Positions 29,994 through 45,494 of a stretch of DNA of 64,000 nt are shown one piece after another. Made by a program: the position numbers and the translations under genes. This stretch comes from the human T2T-CHM13v2.0 reference genome, Homo sapiens, in the NCBI RefSeq assembly GCF_009914755.1, contig NC_060934.1, one strand, 5' to 3'. The notes beneath the pieces are model-generated. The model did not search any database, was not told where the DNA came from, and was given only the letters and a program-made list of their open reading frames with translations. Each line of letters opens with the position of its first letter. Positions within the stretch are counted from its first letter, which is position 1.

Positions 29994-30149
29994 GAGTAGA
30001 AAGATGCGTGTTAGCTGGTAAGAATCTGACAGGAACTGCACCCATTTAGGAGGAAAAAGAAATCTAGTGTTCTATGGTCGACCAAGAAGCAGCTACATTT
30101 ATTCATAAAAGTAAAGATGCAGATAGATACTGAGTTATGATAAGAGAAC

Positions 30150-30460
30150 GGCCAGGCACAGTGGCTCATTCCTGTAATCCCAGCAATTTGGGAGGCTGAG
30201 GCGGGAGGATCATTTGAACCCAGGGGTTTGAGGCCAGCCTAAGAAACATAATGAGACCTCATCTCTACAAAAAATAAACAACATTGGCTGGGCATGGTGG
30301 CATGTGCCTGTAGTCTCAGCTACTCGGGAGGCTGAGGCCAGAGGATCACTTGAGTCCAGGAGGTTGAGGCTGCAGCGAGCTGAGATGGCACCACTGCACT
30401 TGAGCCTGGGTTACCCAGTATCAGATACAGAGAGAGAATGAAAACAATAAAAGAAAAAAT
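30150..30460 (+). mobile_element. Alu (AluJ-like)
   Basis: Dimer; shares 5' flank with the copy at 27180. Confidence 0.88.
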
Positions 30461-30541
30461 AAGAATATTTGAGAAAGTTTTACGGTTGCAGTAATTCAAA
30501 TAACTACGTAAATAAAATTGAAATGAGAAAATTAAGTTTAA

Positions 30542-30930
<389 letters not shown>

Positions 30931-31114
30931 TATGGAGAATTATTTTTCAAGGAGGTGATGACACTACCAAATTGGGTTGTTCTACTACTTCAAGAGGTTC
31001 TCTCTTCCCAGCTTCTTTGGGAGAACTGGAGCCAGAGGCCCTGCCTCCTTTGTATGACTTTTGCAAGCTTCCTTTCTCCTTCAGACTCAGTTTCCTCATT
31101 TCTGGAAAATGGGA

Positions 31115-31581
<467 letters not shown>

Positions 31582-31871
31582 TCACAGATGTACTGTATAT
31601 CTGCTTATGTACTATGTGTACATCTGCTTTATGCATAAAAACAGTATGATTTTTTGCTCCTCAGGAACCACTTTACCCCTCTTGGAGGTAATACTGTCCC
31701 CAAGAATTATGTTCTAAAGGGAGAATAGGAGTCTGTGTACAGAAACGTAGTCATCCTAAATCATCTCAAACTTATTTAGGTATCCTATTTCATTTCTTCT
31801 TTTGCCTGATTTATTTGATTCTTTGCAAGCACCTACTTGCCAAAACCTCAAAATAAATTCTCTGCAACAGT

Positions 31872-32187
31872 GCCAGGTGTGGCGGCTTACGCCTGTAATC
31901 CCAGCACTTTGGGAGGCCTAGGTGGGAGGATCGCTTGAGCTCAGGAGTTCAGCACAAGCCTGGGAAACATGGTTAGATCTCGTTTCTATAATACAACAAC
32001 AACAACAACAAAAACTAAACAAACAAACAAAAATTAGCCAGGTGTGGTGATGCATGCCTGTAGTTCCAGCTACTTGGGAGGCTGGAGTGGGAGGATCGCT
32101 TGAGCCTGGGAGGTCGAGGCTGTAGTGAGTCAAGATCAATTGTGCCACTGCACTCCAGCCTGGGTGACACAGCAAGACCCTGTCTCT

Positions 32188-32188
<1 letters not shown>
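31872..32188 (+). mobile_element. Alu (AluJ-like)
   Basis: Middle region (CAA)n; tail replaced by GATA repeat. Confidence 0.88.

Positions 32189-32190
<2 letters not shown>

Positions 32191-32279
<89 letters not shown>
32191..32279 (+). repeat. (GATA)13 GATTA (GATA)8 tetranucleotide STR
   Basis: Counted directly. Confidence 0.95.
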
Positions 32280-32280
<1 letters not shown>

Positions 32281-32399
32281 ATTCTCTTCAACAACTCACT
32301 TCTTTTGAGAGGCTGAGGAGTATAACATGAGTCTGGTAGATTCACACTTCCTGCCCAGCCTTGCCCTTCTGAGTAGTTGTTAAGCCCTACAACACTCCC

Positions 32400-33033
32400 C
32401 AGTGCATTGTCTGTATTCTTATCTCCACCTCAGTCTGCCATCCAGAGAGTGCTGAATCCACAATGCAGGCCACCATGTGGAGCAGCCTGTCCAGAGGCAG
32501 ACTTAATTTTTTTTTTTTTTTTTTTTTTTTGAGACAGAGTCTCACTCTGTTGCCCAGGCTGGAGTGCAGTGGTGCTATCTCGGCTCACTGCAAGCTCCGT
32601 CTCCTGGGTTCATGCCATTCTCCTGCCTCAGCCTCCTGAGTAGCTGGGACTACAGGCACCGCCACCACGCCTGGCTAATTTTTTGTATTTTTAGTAGAGA
32701 CAGGGTTTTACCGTGTTAGCCAGGATGGTCTCCATCCCCTGACCTCATGATCTGCCCGCCTCGGCCTCCCAAAGTGCTGGGATTACAGGCGTGAGCCACC
32801 ACGCCCAGCCCAGACTTTCTTGTTCTTTAGGCAAACCTCAGTTCTGCTCTTATGGCCTTTTAACCGAGTGAATCAGGCCCCCCATATTATCAAGGATAAT
32901 ATCCCTAAGTTAGAGTTAACTGATTATGGACTTATAATCCCATCTGCAAAATACCTTCACAGCAATACCTCGCTCAGTGATTGACTGAGTAACGGGACTG
33001 TAACCTGGCCAAACTGACCCCTGAAACTCACTA
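32400..33033 (-). mobile_element. MLT2-type LTR (3' LTR of an ERV-L), interrupted by AluY
   Basis: gtgaatcaggcccc...aaaataccttcacagcaatacct...ctggccaaactgac; preceded on the minus strand by a polypurine tract AAAGGGTGGA (33043-33034). Left boundary uncertain. Confidence 0.7.
32508..32810 (-). mobile_element. AluY-like
   Basis: Diagnostics gcaagctcc, gttagccaggatgg; TSD cagactt. Confidence 0.9.
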
Positions 33034-34140
<1,107 letters not shown>

Positions 34141-34500
34141 AATGGAACCCTGAAGTATAGGATATGAGCATCTGGATTGATGTCTCTGAAAATCTTGGGT
34201 CCCCATATGTCCCTGAACCCTCCGACTTCGCAGAAGTGGCCTGCTCCTCTCTAGCAAAGGCTGGTGTTTCTTCATGGAAACTGCACCAGAGAACTATGTT
34301 GCATGAGAGAGCCTGAAGGACACCCTACTCAACAAAACAGCAAGGAACGTAGTGCTGAGGGTGGTCTTGGCATTTCTGTGAAGCTCAGTGGTTGGCTGTC
34401 TTCTTAAAGATCACGCTGATAGGAGACGCTGGTGAAGAATGGGATTCTCCAATAGAGATTATACAGGTCAAGTGGCAGCACGTAGCCATTGGGACGCAGG
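34141..34500 (+). mobile_element. ERVL-class gag-like fragment
   Basis: gaatggaaccctgaa...catctggattgatg (EWDP..WDGDIW-like) and ...aagctcagtggttggctgtc...ggtcaagtggcagcac (SSVVAV...GQVAAL-like); very degraded. Confidence 0.5.
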
Positions 34501-34513
34501 TAAGCACCTCATC

Positions 34514-34809
34514 TTTTTTTTTCTTTTTGAGACGGAGTCTCGATCTGTTCCCCAGGCTGGAGTTCAGTGGCACGATCTTGGCTCACTGCAACCTCGCCTC
34601 CTAGGTTCAAGTGATTCTCCCGCCTCAGCCTCCTGAGTAGCTGGGATTACAGGCACACGCCACCATGCCCTGCTAATTTTTGTATTTTTAGTAGAGATGG
34701 GGTTTCGCCATGTTGGACAGGCTGGTCTTGAACTCCTGACCTCAAGCAATCTGTCTGCCTCGGCCTCCCAAAGTGTTGGGATTACAGGCATGAGCCACCG
34801 TGCCTGGCC
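34514..34809 (-). mobile_element. Alu (AluS-like)
   Basis: TSD agcacctcatctt. Confidence 0.9.
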
Positions 34810-35142
34810 AGCACCTCATCTTAATGAGTGGTAAGAACAGAGTAGCAGCCAGGGTGGCCTAGTGCCATCCTCGTCCTGCAGTGAAAAACCAAGGTCCCAG
34901 AATTTGCCATGTGTCCTCCACTATGGCCCCTGCCTGTGAACAGGCTCAAACTCCTAAGTGCATTGTACCCCTGACATACAAAGTAGGGGTCTGTTTGCCA
35001 CCAGTTAGTCTCCAGTATTAGAAGCAAGGGCGCACTTAATTTCTGCTTTCTTCTTTTTCTTCATCCTCTTCTTCTGCTTTTTTTGTGTGTGTGGTTCCTA
35101 ACTTTTCTATTAACAGACCCAAAGCATAGAATTTTGTTCCAA

Positions 35143-35237
35143 TTTGCTGAGAATAATGGCTTCCAGCTTCATCCATGTCCCTGCAAAGGACATGAACTCA
35201 TTCTTTTTTATGGCCGCATAGTATTACATGGCGTATA
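35143..35237 (-). mobile_element. Short L1PA fragment within a TSD-flanked chimeric insertion
   Basis: ccagcttcatccatgtccctgcaaaggacatgaactcattc = antisense L1PA ORF2 3' end. Confidence 0.85.
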
Positions 35238-36272
35238 CATCCTCTTCTTCTAATAGCAATATTGATAATAAAAATAAACTGCTTTATCTTGATTATGAGA
35301 TAAACTGTAATGATTTCAAGAACTAAAACACTTTTGCAGCAGGTCAGCAATGGCCAGAACAGTTTGGTTAAATTTTATTCATTAAAAAAAAATCATAATA
35401 TATAAATACATTGGGAAAACTGACATTTGTTCTCCCAGGGAGAAATGATCAAGGCAGAATTTTGAGAAGTTCTCTGTGCATCTGGGGGAGGAGGAGAGAA
35501 GGGGAAAGGGACAGAATTGCCATGAAGCAATTTCTTTTTGCTGTGTCCAGGAAAGCCAGAAGAATGTGCCAAAAGACAATCTTCCTGAAGGACTAACTAA
35601 CTCACTGGCTCTCCTCCCTCATGCTCTGCCTTTTCTTCTGTTCATAGTACAGTCTATTGCTCTCTGGTGCTTATAGTTCTGAGTTATTTCCAAGAATGAG
35701 GATGAAGAACTCAACTAATCATACAATTCTCTTCATTCTCTCCTGTTGGTTCTGAAATTAAGAATACACACAGGACTCAAATGGGATAAATTTGTAAGCT
35801 TTTCTTCTGTGTTTGGGCCTGTGGTCTGAGTGGGCTTCTTACTGTTTACTTCATACATTGAGCAAACTCGCTGGATCCCAGGCAGGGTTTGGGATGACTG
35901 CAGGCTGCTCCCACAGGGCAGGTCTACTCGGATGTGCATTCTGCACGGACAATGCAGGGGAAGAAGGTGGATTCATGCCCGGCTCTCCTCCCCCATGCTC
36001 TGCCTTTTCTTCTATTCATAGTACAGTCTATTGCTTTCTGGCTCTTATAATTGTCAGTTATTTCATGCAGCTTGAAGGGCAGCAGTGCCTAAGACAGAGC
36101 CAAAGAGATGTGCTGCTGACGAGCATAACTTTTAGTGAATTTACCAGTCCTGAAGAGAAACATGGAACAATGCTTTAGACTGTCATTGCCTCACCAAACA
36201 TGTTTGCATGTTTGCAAATAGCATCAAACTTAGAGAAGAGCTAGTGGGTAGACTTTCTCTTTTTAAAAAAAA

Positions 36273-36450
36273 TTTTTTTGAGACAGTCTCGCTCTTTCAC
36301 CCAGGCTTGAGTGCAGTAGCACAATCTTGGTTCACTGCAAGTTCTACCTCCTGGGCTCAAACCACCCTCCTACCTAAGCCTCCCAGGGAGCTGGGACTAC
36401 AGACACGTGCCACCATGCCAGGTTGGTCTCAAACTCGTGAGCTCAAGCAT
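36273..36450 (-). mobile_element. Partial Alu (AluJ-like)
   Basis: Right arm plus deleted left arm. Confidence 0.8.
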
Positions 36451-36934
36451 TCTTCATATTTAATGGTCCAAACAAATCAACCAACTTGAAATAAAATGAA
36501 CGTCAACAAAATGGAAATGACCAAAAGAAAGATGCACATCCATACCATGGATTATTTTGTGCCTATTAAAACAATCTTTCTTAGGAACTTTTAATAACTT
36601 GAGAAAATGCTCGTGTTATAATTTTAATGTGATGAAAATAGGGCCACTTTACAATCTCCTACTGTGAGAGCTGGTTTCTGTGCCTTTGTCGCCTTCAAGT
36701 CCCAGACATTTTGACTATGTAATATTTTGACTATGTAAAAATGCTTAGAAAAGAATAGAAGGAAATATGAAAATAAGTTCATGTGGCTACCTCTTGATGG
36801 TGAGGATAAGTAATTTTTGGTTAGTTTATATTTACCCTCTATTTAGCAAAATTTCTGTAATGTTTGCATTAACGGCGAAATAAAATTTTGAGTTTCTAGA
36901 TAAGTTTGGTTGACATATGTTTAAAAACAAAGCG

Positions 36935-37339
<405 letters not shown>

Positions 37340-37519
37340 TTAAAATGCTGAGCTGACCTAAGATGTTCACGAAATTGATTCAAACAAACCAACCCAATTT
37401 TAAACGTAATCGGAGGGTATATAAACACCTCACAAACATTGATAATGATGTAAGAAAATTGACAGCTTTTTCTTTATAGTTCCTGTTGTTTAGGAGAAAT
37501 TAAAGTTGCTTGGGAACAA

Positions 37520-38080
37520 TGTTTACTTAACAGGTAATCAACGTAATGCAGATTAAAAAACAATGATTACCTTTGTTTACTTATCAACTTGTCATAGATT
37601 TAAAATAAAGACAGCCCTTTATGGGTGGGGCCTCAGCAAATACACACTTTTATTCCATGACCTCAGGCATAAAACTTAGGTCAACTTTTTGGGTAAGCAA
37701 TTTGATATTACATATCAATATTTACAAAATAGAATCCTAACTGTATAAAAAATTAATATAGCAAAGTCTTTAAAAATACCTTCCAAAATTCTAGTAGAAA
37801 CCATCTCTGAGAGGTAGCAGTTAAGATATTTTAATATTCTTTTTAATTAAAAAATTATTTTCATAGCAAAAAACTGGAATCAACCCAAGTGCCCAATGAC
37901 AGGAGAATGGATGAATATCCACACAGTGGAATATCACAAAGTAGTCAAAATGAACTACTATAATGACATGTAACACTACGGCTACATTTTAGTAATATAT
38001 TAAGAGAAAAACTAAGTTTAAAAAGATTGTGTTTAGTATGAATTCGTTTTTCACATTGAACATTAAAAAACAAGTAGATG
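37520..38080 (+). mobile_element. Old L1M (L1ME-like) 3' fragments
   Basis: catagcaaaaaactggaatcaacccaagtgcccaatgacaggagaatggatgaa. Confidence 0.65.
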
Positions 38081-38082
38081 TT

Positions 38083-38595
38083 TGTGTTAGAGTTCTCTAG
38101 AGAAAAAGAACTAATAAAATGTGTGTATAAATATAATAATATAAAATAACTTATATTTTATATAAATATAGAAAGATATTTATTACAAGGAATTAGCTCA
38201 CATGATCATGAAGGCTGGCAAGATGATCATGAAGGCTGGCAAGTCCCAAATCTGCAGGGTTGGAGACTCAGGACAGCCAATGCTGTAGTTCAAGTTCAGT
38301 AGCAGGCTGCTGTAGAGCCAGGAAGAGCTCATGCTGTAGAGGAAGTCCAAAGGCTGTCTGCTGGAGAATTCCCTCTAGCTCAGAGGAGGCCCATCTTTTT
38401 GTTCTATTCAGGCCTTCAGCCAATTGGATGAGGTCCACCCACATTATGGAGGCAATCCGCTTTACTCAAAGTCCATCAGTTTAAATGTTAATCTCATCGA
38501 AAAACACCTTCACAAAAGCACCTGGAAAAACATTTCATCAAGTATCTGGGCACCCTGTGGCCTAGCCACGTTGACACATAAAACTAACCATCACA
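38083..38595 (-). mobile_element. MLT2 (ERVL) solo LTR
   Basis: gttagagttctctagagaaa ... gcctagccacgttgacacataaaactaaccatcaca; 21-bp tandem duplication at 38202-38243. Confidence 0.85.
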
Positions 38596-38879
38596 GTGTG
38601 TGTGTATAAATACATATATATGTACAGATGTATATATACACACATATGTGTGTGTGTGTGTGTGTGTGTAGCCAAATATATATATATGTAAAGGCAAAAA
38701 ATACAAAGAAAAACAAAGTAATGATAGTTCCTGAATTAAGGATGATAGTCATCTCAGCTGAGAGGAGGCAGAAAAATGAGATGGGAGAGGACCACATAGG
38801 CTATGGTTGGGGTCCTGGCTCTTGCTTTGGGTGGTGTGTTCCCAAGTGATTATTACATTATTAAAAATTATACAATAGA

Positions 38880-39205
<326 letters not shown>

Positions 39206-39787
39206 AATATAAGCAGGCCATGCTAGACCAATGATGAGCATGTCTGTCAGGAAGCAAGGATTAATCAAGCCCATTCTATGCAACTGAAGTCACTGATTTT
39301 TTCCTTTATATTTTTTCTACATTTCCTAAAATTTCTACAGTGAGCATGTATCTCTTGTAGTCAGAAGACACAGTAATATGTTGTTCTTTTAAAAATCCTG
39401 TGCTATATAGGGAATGTTCATCAGCTAATTATCTATAATTTGGTATTCGAGATTATGCACTTTGTTTTCTTGTTCATGAAAGTACAGCTGACACTTGATA
39501 CTGGATCAGTTGAAACTTGACCCAGTGTGGAACGAGCAGTTGAGCTCGGTCTCTCTTGTCCTCTTGTTCCATTTCGCTAACATAATGACCCTCCCCAACC
39601 CACAAGCATCAACAAATGGGCTGTCACCAAGTACCCATCATTGTCATCAACTCATATGGAGCCCAATAAACTCATCATAAGTGTCCCTGTCAAGGCCTTT
39701 TGTGGAGACATGCCACTGAATTCCAAATCACTATCCTAGATCTGCTTATAATAGTTTACAGAGTGAGAGGAGAAAAAGATAGAAAGA

Positions 39788-40073
39788 GGCCCGGCGTGGT
39801 GGCTCACACCTGTAATCCCAGCACTTTGGGAAGTTGAGGTGGGCAGATCACGGGGTCAGGAGATTGAGACCATCCTGGCTAACATGGTCAAACCCCATCT
39901 CTACTAAAAATACAAAAAATTAGCTGGGTGTGGTAGCATGCACCTGTAGTCCCAGCTACTCAGGAGGAGGAGGCAGGAAAACCCGGGAGGCAGAGGTTGC
40001 AGTGAGCCAAGATCCTGCCACTGCACTCTAGCCTGGGTGACAGAGGAAGACTCAAACTCAAAAAAAAAAAAAA
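39788..40073 (+). mobile_element. Alu (AluSc-like)
   Basis: Dimer with A tail. Confidence 0.88.
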
Positions 40074-40238
40074 TAGAAAGAAAAGTACAAAATCACTAGT
40101 CTAAAATAACAAAATCATAACCATGTAGTAAAAAATAATTTTTTTTCCCACTTCAGGTTTCCATGAAAAATATAAAAGAAATAGGGACAGAGTATGCCAC
40201 CTGTTTTCCTTGGCTTCTCTCTTTTTAGCAAAAGTGAG

Positions 40239-40290
40239 TCTCTCTCTCTCTCTCTCTGTCACACACACACACATACACACACACACACAC
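40239..40290. repeat. (CT)n(CA)n compound microsatellite
   Basis: Direct observation. Confidence 0.9.
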
Positions 40291-42848
40291 GAGTACACAT
40301 TTAAAATGAGAAACATACTGAGGGGAGGATCAAGATGGAGGAATAGAAGCTTACACTGTCCATCCCTGCAGACCAACCACGCTGGAACACCAAATTTTGA
40401 CAATTATCTGCACACAGAAAAGCACCATCTCAAGAACAAAAAATCAGGTGAGCAATCACAGTACCTGGTTTTAACTTCATATTGCTAAAAGAGGCATTGA
40501 GGAGGGCAGGAGAGGCAGTCTTGAATCACCAGTGCCCCTGCTCCCTCATCCCCTGGCAGTGGCCACACTGCACAGAGAATCTGTGTACTTTTGGGAGGGA
40601 GAGTGAAGCAATTGGAGGACTTTACAGTGAACCCAGTGCTGTCCTGACACAGTGGAGAATAAAGCCATGCTAGGCTCAGCCAGCACCTGCGCACAGAAGG
40701 AGCATTTGGACCAGCCCTAGCTAGAAGGGAATTGCCCATCCCAGTGATTGGAACTTGAGTTTCTCCGCAAGCTTTGCTGCCCTGGGCTGAAGTGCTCTGG
40801 GGTCCTAGGTAAACTTGAATGGCAGTCTACGATGCAAGGACTGCAATTCTTAGGCAACCCCTAGTGCTAGGCTAGGCCTAGAGCCAGTGAACTAGGGTAG
40901 TACATGTCCTAGGGAGACACCAGTTGGCATAGCTAAGGGAGTGCTTGTGCTATCCCTCCCCGATCCCCAGGCAGTACAGCTCACAGCAACTAAAGTGACC
41001 CCTTTCTTCTGCTTAAGGAGAGGAGAGTGAAGAGTGAAGAGGACTTTGCCTTGCATTTTGGATACCAGCTCAGCCACAGTAGGACCAGGGCACTGGCCAG
41101 AGTTGTGAGGCCCCCATTCTGGGCCCTAGCTCCCAGACAACATTTCCAGACACACCCTAGGCCAAAAAGGAACCAGTTGCCATGAAGGGAAGGACTCAGT
41201 CTTGGCAGCATTCATTATCTGCTGATGAATGAGACCTTGGGCCCTTAATAGCCAGCAGTGATACCCAGGCACTGCATCGAGGGCCTTGGTGAGCCTCTGA
41301 GACTTGCTGGCTTCAGGTGAGACCCAGCATATCACTAGCCATGATGGCTATGTTGAAAAACTCCTTCTGTTTGAGAAAAGCAGAGGCAAAAGTAAAGGGG
41401 ACTTTGTCTTGCATCCTAGGTACCAGCTCAGCCACAGTGGAGTAGAGCAAGAAGCAGGCTCTTGAAGCTTGCTTCAGGCCTTCAAGGGCTTCAGGCCCAG
41501 ACCAGGCCTAGGCTCTTGGACAGCATTTCTGCACGTCCCCTGGGCCAGAAGGGAGCCCCCTTCCCTGAAGAGTGAGTCCCAGGCCTGGCAGCATTCACCA
41601 CAAGCTGATAGAAGAGCCCTTGGCTTTAAGTGAGCATTAACAGTGGCCTGGAAGAACCCCTTGTGGACTGGTGGTGGTGGTGGCTGCAGGAGAGGCTCCT
41701 CTGCCTGTGGAAGGGAGAGGAAAGTGCAGGAAGGACTTTGTACTGTGGCTTGAGTGCCAGCTTAGCCACAGCAGAATAGAACATCAGGTAAATTGCTAAG
41801 GTTTCTGACTGCAATCCCTGATATTGAAGTCCCTTCAAATATCTGGAAAGCCTTCCCAAGAAGGACAGGCACAAACAGGCTCAGACTGTGAAGACTACAA
41901 TAAATACCTAAGTCTTCAATGCCCAGACACTGATGAACATCTAAAAACATCAACACCATACAAGAAAACAAGACCTCACCAAATGAACTAAACAAGGCAC
42001 CAGGGACCAAACCTGGAAAACCAGAGATATATGACCTTTCAGACAGAGAATTCAAAATAGCTGTTTTGAGAAAACTCAAAGAAAAACAAGATAAGAAAGA
42101 GAAGGAATTCAGAATTCTATCAGATAAAAGAGATTGAAATAAAGAATCAAGTAGCCATTCTAGAGTTCAAAAATGCATCAGAGTCTCTTAATAGCAGAAT
42201 GGAGCAAGCAGACAAAAGAATTGGTTAGCTTGAAGACAGGTTATTTGAAAATACATAGTCAGGGGAGACAAAAGAAAAAAGAACAAAAACTTATGAGGCA
42301 CACCTACAGGATCTAGAAAATAGCCTCAAAAGGGCAAATCTAAGAGTTATTGGCCTTAAAGAGGAGGTAAAGAAAGAGATAGGGGCAGAAATTTTATTCA
42401 AAGGGACAATAACAGAGAACTTCTCAAACCTAGAAAAAGATATCAGGATTCAAGTACAAGAAGGTTATAGAACACCAAGCAGATTTAACCCAAAGAAGAC
42501 TACCTTAAGGCATTTAATAATCAAACTCCCAAAGGTCAAGGATAAAGAAAGGATCCTAAAAGCAGCACCAGAAAAGAAAAAATAACATACAATGGAGCTC
42601 CAATATGTCTGGCAGCAGACTTTTTGGTGAAAATCTTACAGGTCAGGACACAGTGGCATGACATATTTAAAGCGCTGAAGGAATAAACCTTTACCCTAGA
42701 ATAGTATGTCTGGTGAAAATATCCTTTAAGCCTGAAGGAGAAATAAAGACCTTCCCAGACAAACAAAAGCTGAAGGATTTCATCAACACCAGGCCTTTCC
42801 TACCAGAAGTGCTAAAGGGATTTCTTCAGTCTGAAAGAAAATTAGTTA

Positions 42849-43258
42849 GACTGGATAAAGAAAAAGTACACAGACATACATAGACAGCATGGAATACTAT
42901 GCAGCCATAAAAAAGAACAAGATCATGTCTTTTGCAGGAACATAGATGGAGCTGGAGGCCCTCATCCCTAGCAAGATAATGCAGGAATAGAAAACCAAAT
43001 ACTGCATGTTCTCACTTATAAGTAGGAGCTAAATGATGAGAACATATGGACACAAAGAGGAGAACAACAGACACTGGAGTCCACTTGAGAATAAAGGATG
43101 GGAGGAGAGAGAGGATCAGAAAAAGTAACTATTGGGTACTACACTTAGTACCTGGGTGATGAAATAATCTGTAAAAAAAAACCCCTATGACACCAGTCTA
43201 CCTATACAACAAACCTGCACATGTAACTGTGAACCTAAAATACAAGTTAAAAAAAGAA
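42849..43258 (+). mobile_element. 5'-truncated L1PA13-16-like 3' end nested in the L1MA
   Basis: L1PA-type 3' UTR ...aacaaacctgcacatgt...aacctaaaatacaagttaaaa; degenerate TSD aaagaaaat(tagtta/gatgtta). Confidence 0.85.
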
Positions 43259-44995
43259 AATGATGTTAATGAGCAAAAAGAAATCACCTGAAGCTACAAA
43301 ACTCACTGTAATAGTAAGCACACAGAAAAACACAGAATAGTATAATATTGTAATTGTGGTGTGTAAACTACTTATGACTTAAGTAGAAAGACTAAATGAT
43401 GAACCAATAAAAAAAATACTACAACAACTTTTCAAGACACAGACAGTACAATAAGATATGATGAGAAACAACAAAGAGTTAAAAAGTGAAGAGACAAAGT
43501 ATAGTTTTTTTAGATTTCTTTTTGCACGTTTGTTTATGCAATCAGTGTTAAGTTGTTATCAATTCAAAATATTGGGTTATAAGAAACTACTAGCAAGCCT
43601 CATGGTAACCTCAAACTGAAAAACGTACAATGGATACACACAAAATAAAAAGGAAGATATTAAAGCATACCACCAGAGAAAATCAGCTTCACTAAAAGGA
43701 AGACATGAAGAAAGGAAAGAAGGAAAAGGAGATTGCAAAACAACCAGAAAACAACAACAAAAAAGGCAGCAATAAGTTCCTGTTTATCATAATAACAATG
43801 AATGTAAATGGACTAACCTCTCCAATCAAAAGACACAGAGTAGCTGAATGGACAAAAAAGTAAGATCCAATGATCTGTTGCCTATGAGAAATACATTTCA
43901 CCTTTGAAGATACACATAGACTGAAAATAAAGGGATGGAAAAAGATATTCCATGCCAATGGAAACCAAAAAAGTTCAGTAGTGGCTATACTAAGATAGAC
44001 AAAACAGATTTCAAGGCAAAAACTGTAAGAAGAGACAAAGAAGGTCATCATGTAATGACAAAGGAGTCAATTCAGCAAGAGGATATAACAAATGTAAACA
44101 CATATATACATAACACTGGAGCACCCAGGTGTATAAAGCACATATTATTAGAGCTAAAGAGAGAGATAGGCCCTGATACAATAATAACTGGAGACTTCAA
44201 CACCCCACTTTCAGCATTCGACAGATCTCCCAGACAGAAAATCAACAAAGAAACATTGGGCTTAATCTGCACTGTAGAACAAATGGACCTAATAGATATT
44301 TACAGAATGTTTTATCCAATGGCGTCAGATTACACATTTTTCTCCTTAGCACATAGATCATTCTCAAGGATAGACCATACGTTAGGTTACAAAACAAGTC
44401 TTAAAACATTCAAAAAAATTGAAATAATATCAAGCATCTACTCTGACCAAAATGAGATAAAACTAGAAATCAATAACAAGAGGAGTTTTTGGAAACTATA
44501 AAAATGCATAGAAGTTAAACAATATGCCAATGAATGACTAGTGGGCCAATGAAGAGGTTAAGAAGAAAATTGAAAAATTTCTTGAAACAAATGATAATGG
44601 AAACACAACAGACCAAAACCTATGGGATAGGGCAAAATCAGTACTGAGAGGGAAATTTGTAGCTAGAAGTGCCTACAGCAAAAAAGAAGAAAAACTTCAA
44701 ATAAATAACCTCATGCTGCATCTTAAAGAATTAGAAAAGCAAGAGGAAACCAAACTCAAAACTAATAGAAGATAAGAAATAGTAAAGATCAGAGCAGAAA
44801 CAAATGAATTTGAAATGAAGAAAACAATACAAAACATCAATGAAATGAGTTGGTTTTTTGAAAAGATAAATAAAACTGACAAACCTTTAGCCAGACTAGG
44901 AAAAAAGAGACAAGACTCAAATAAATAAAATAAAAAATGAAAAAGGATATGCGACAACTAACACCACAGAAATTCAAAGGATCATTAGTGGTTAA

Positions 44996-45494
<499 letters not shown>

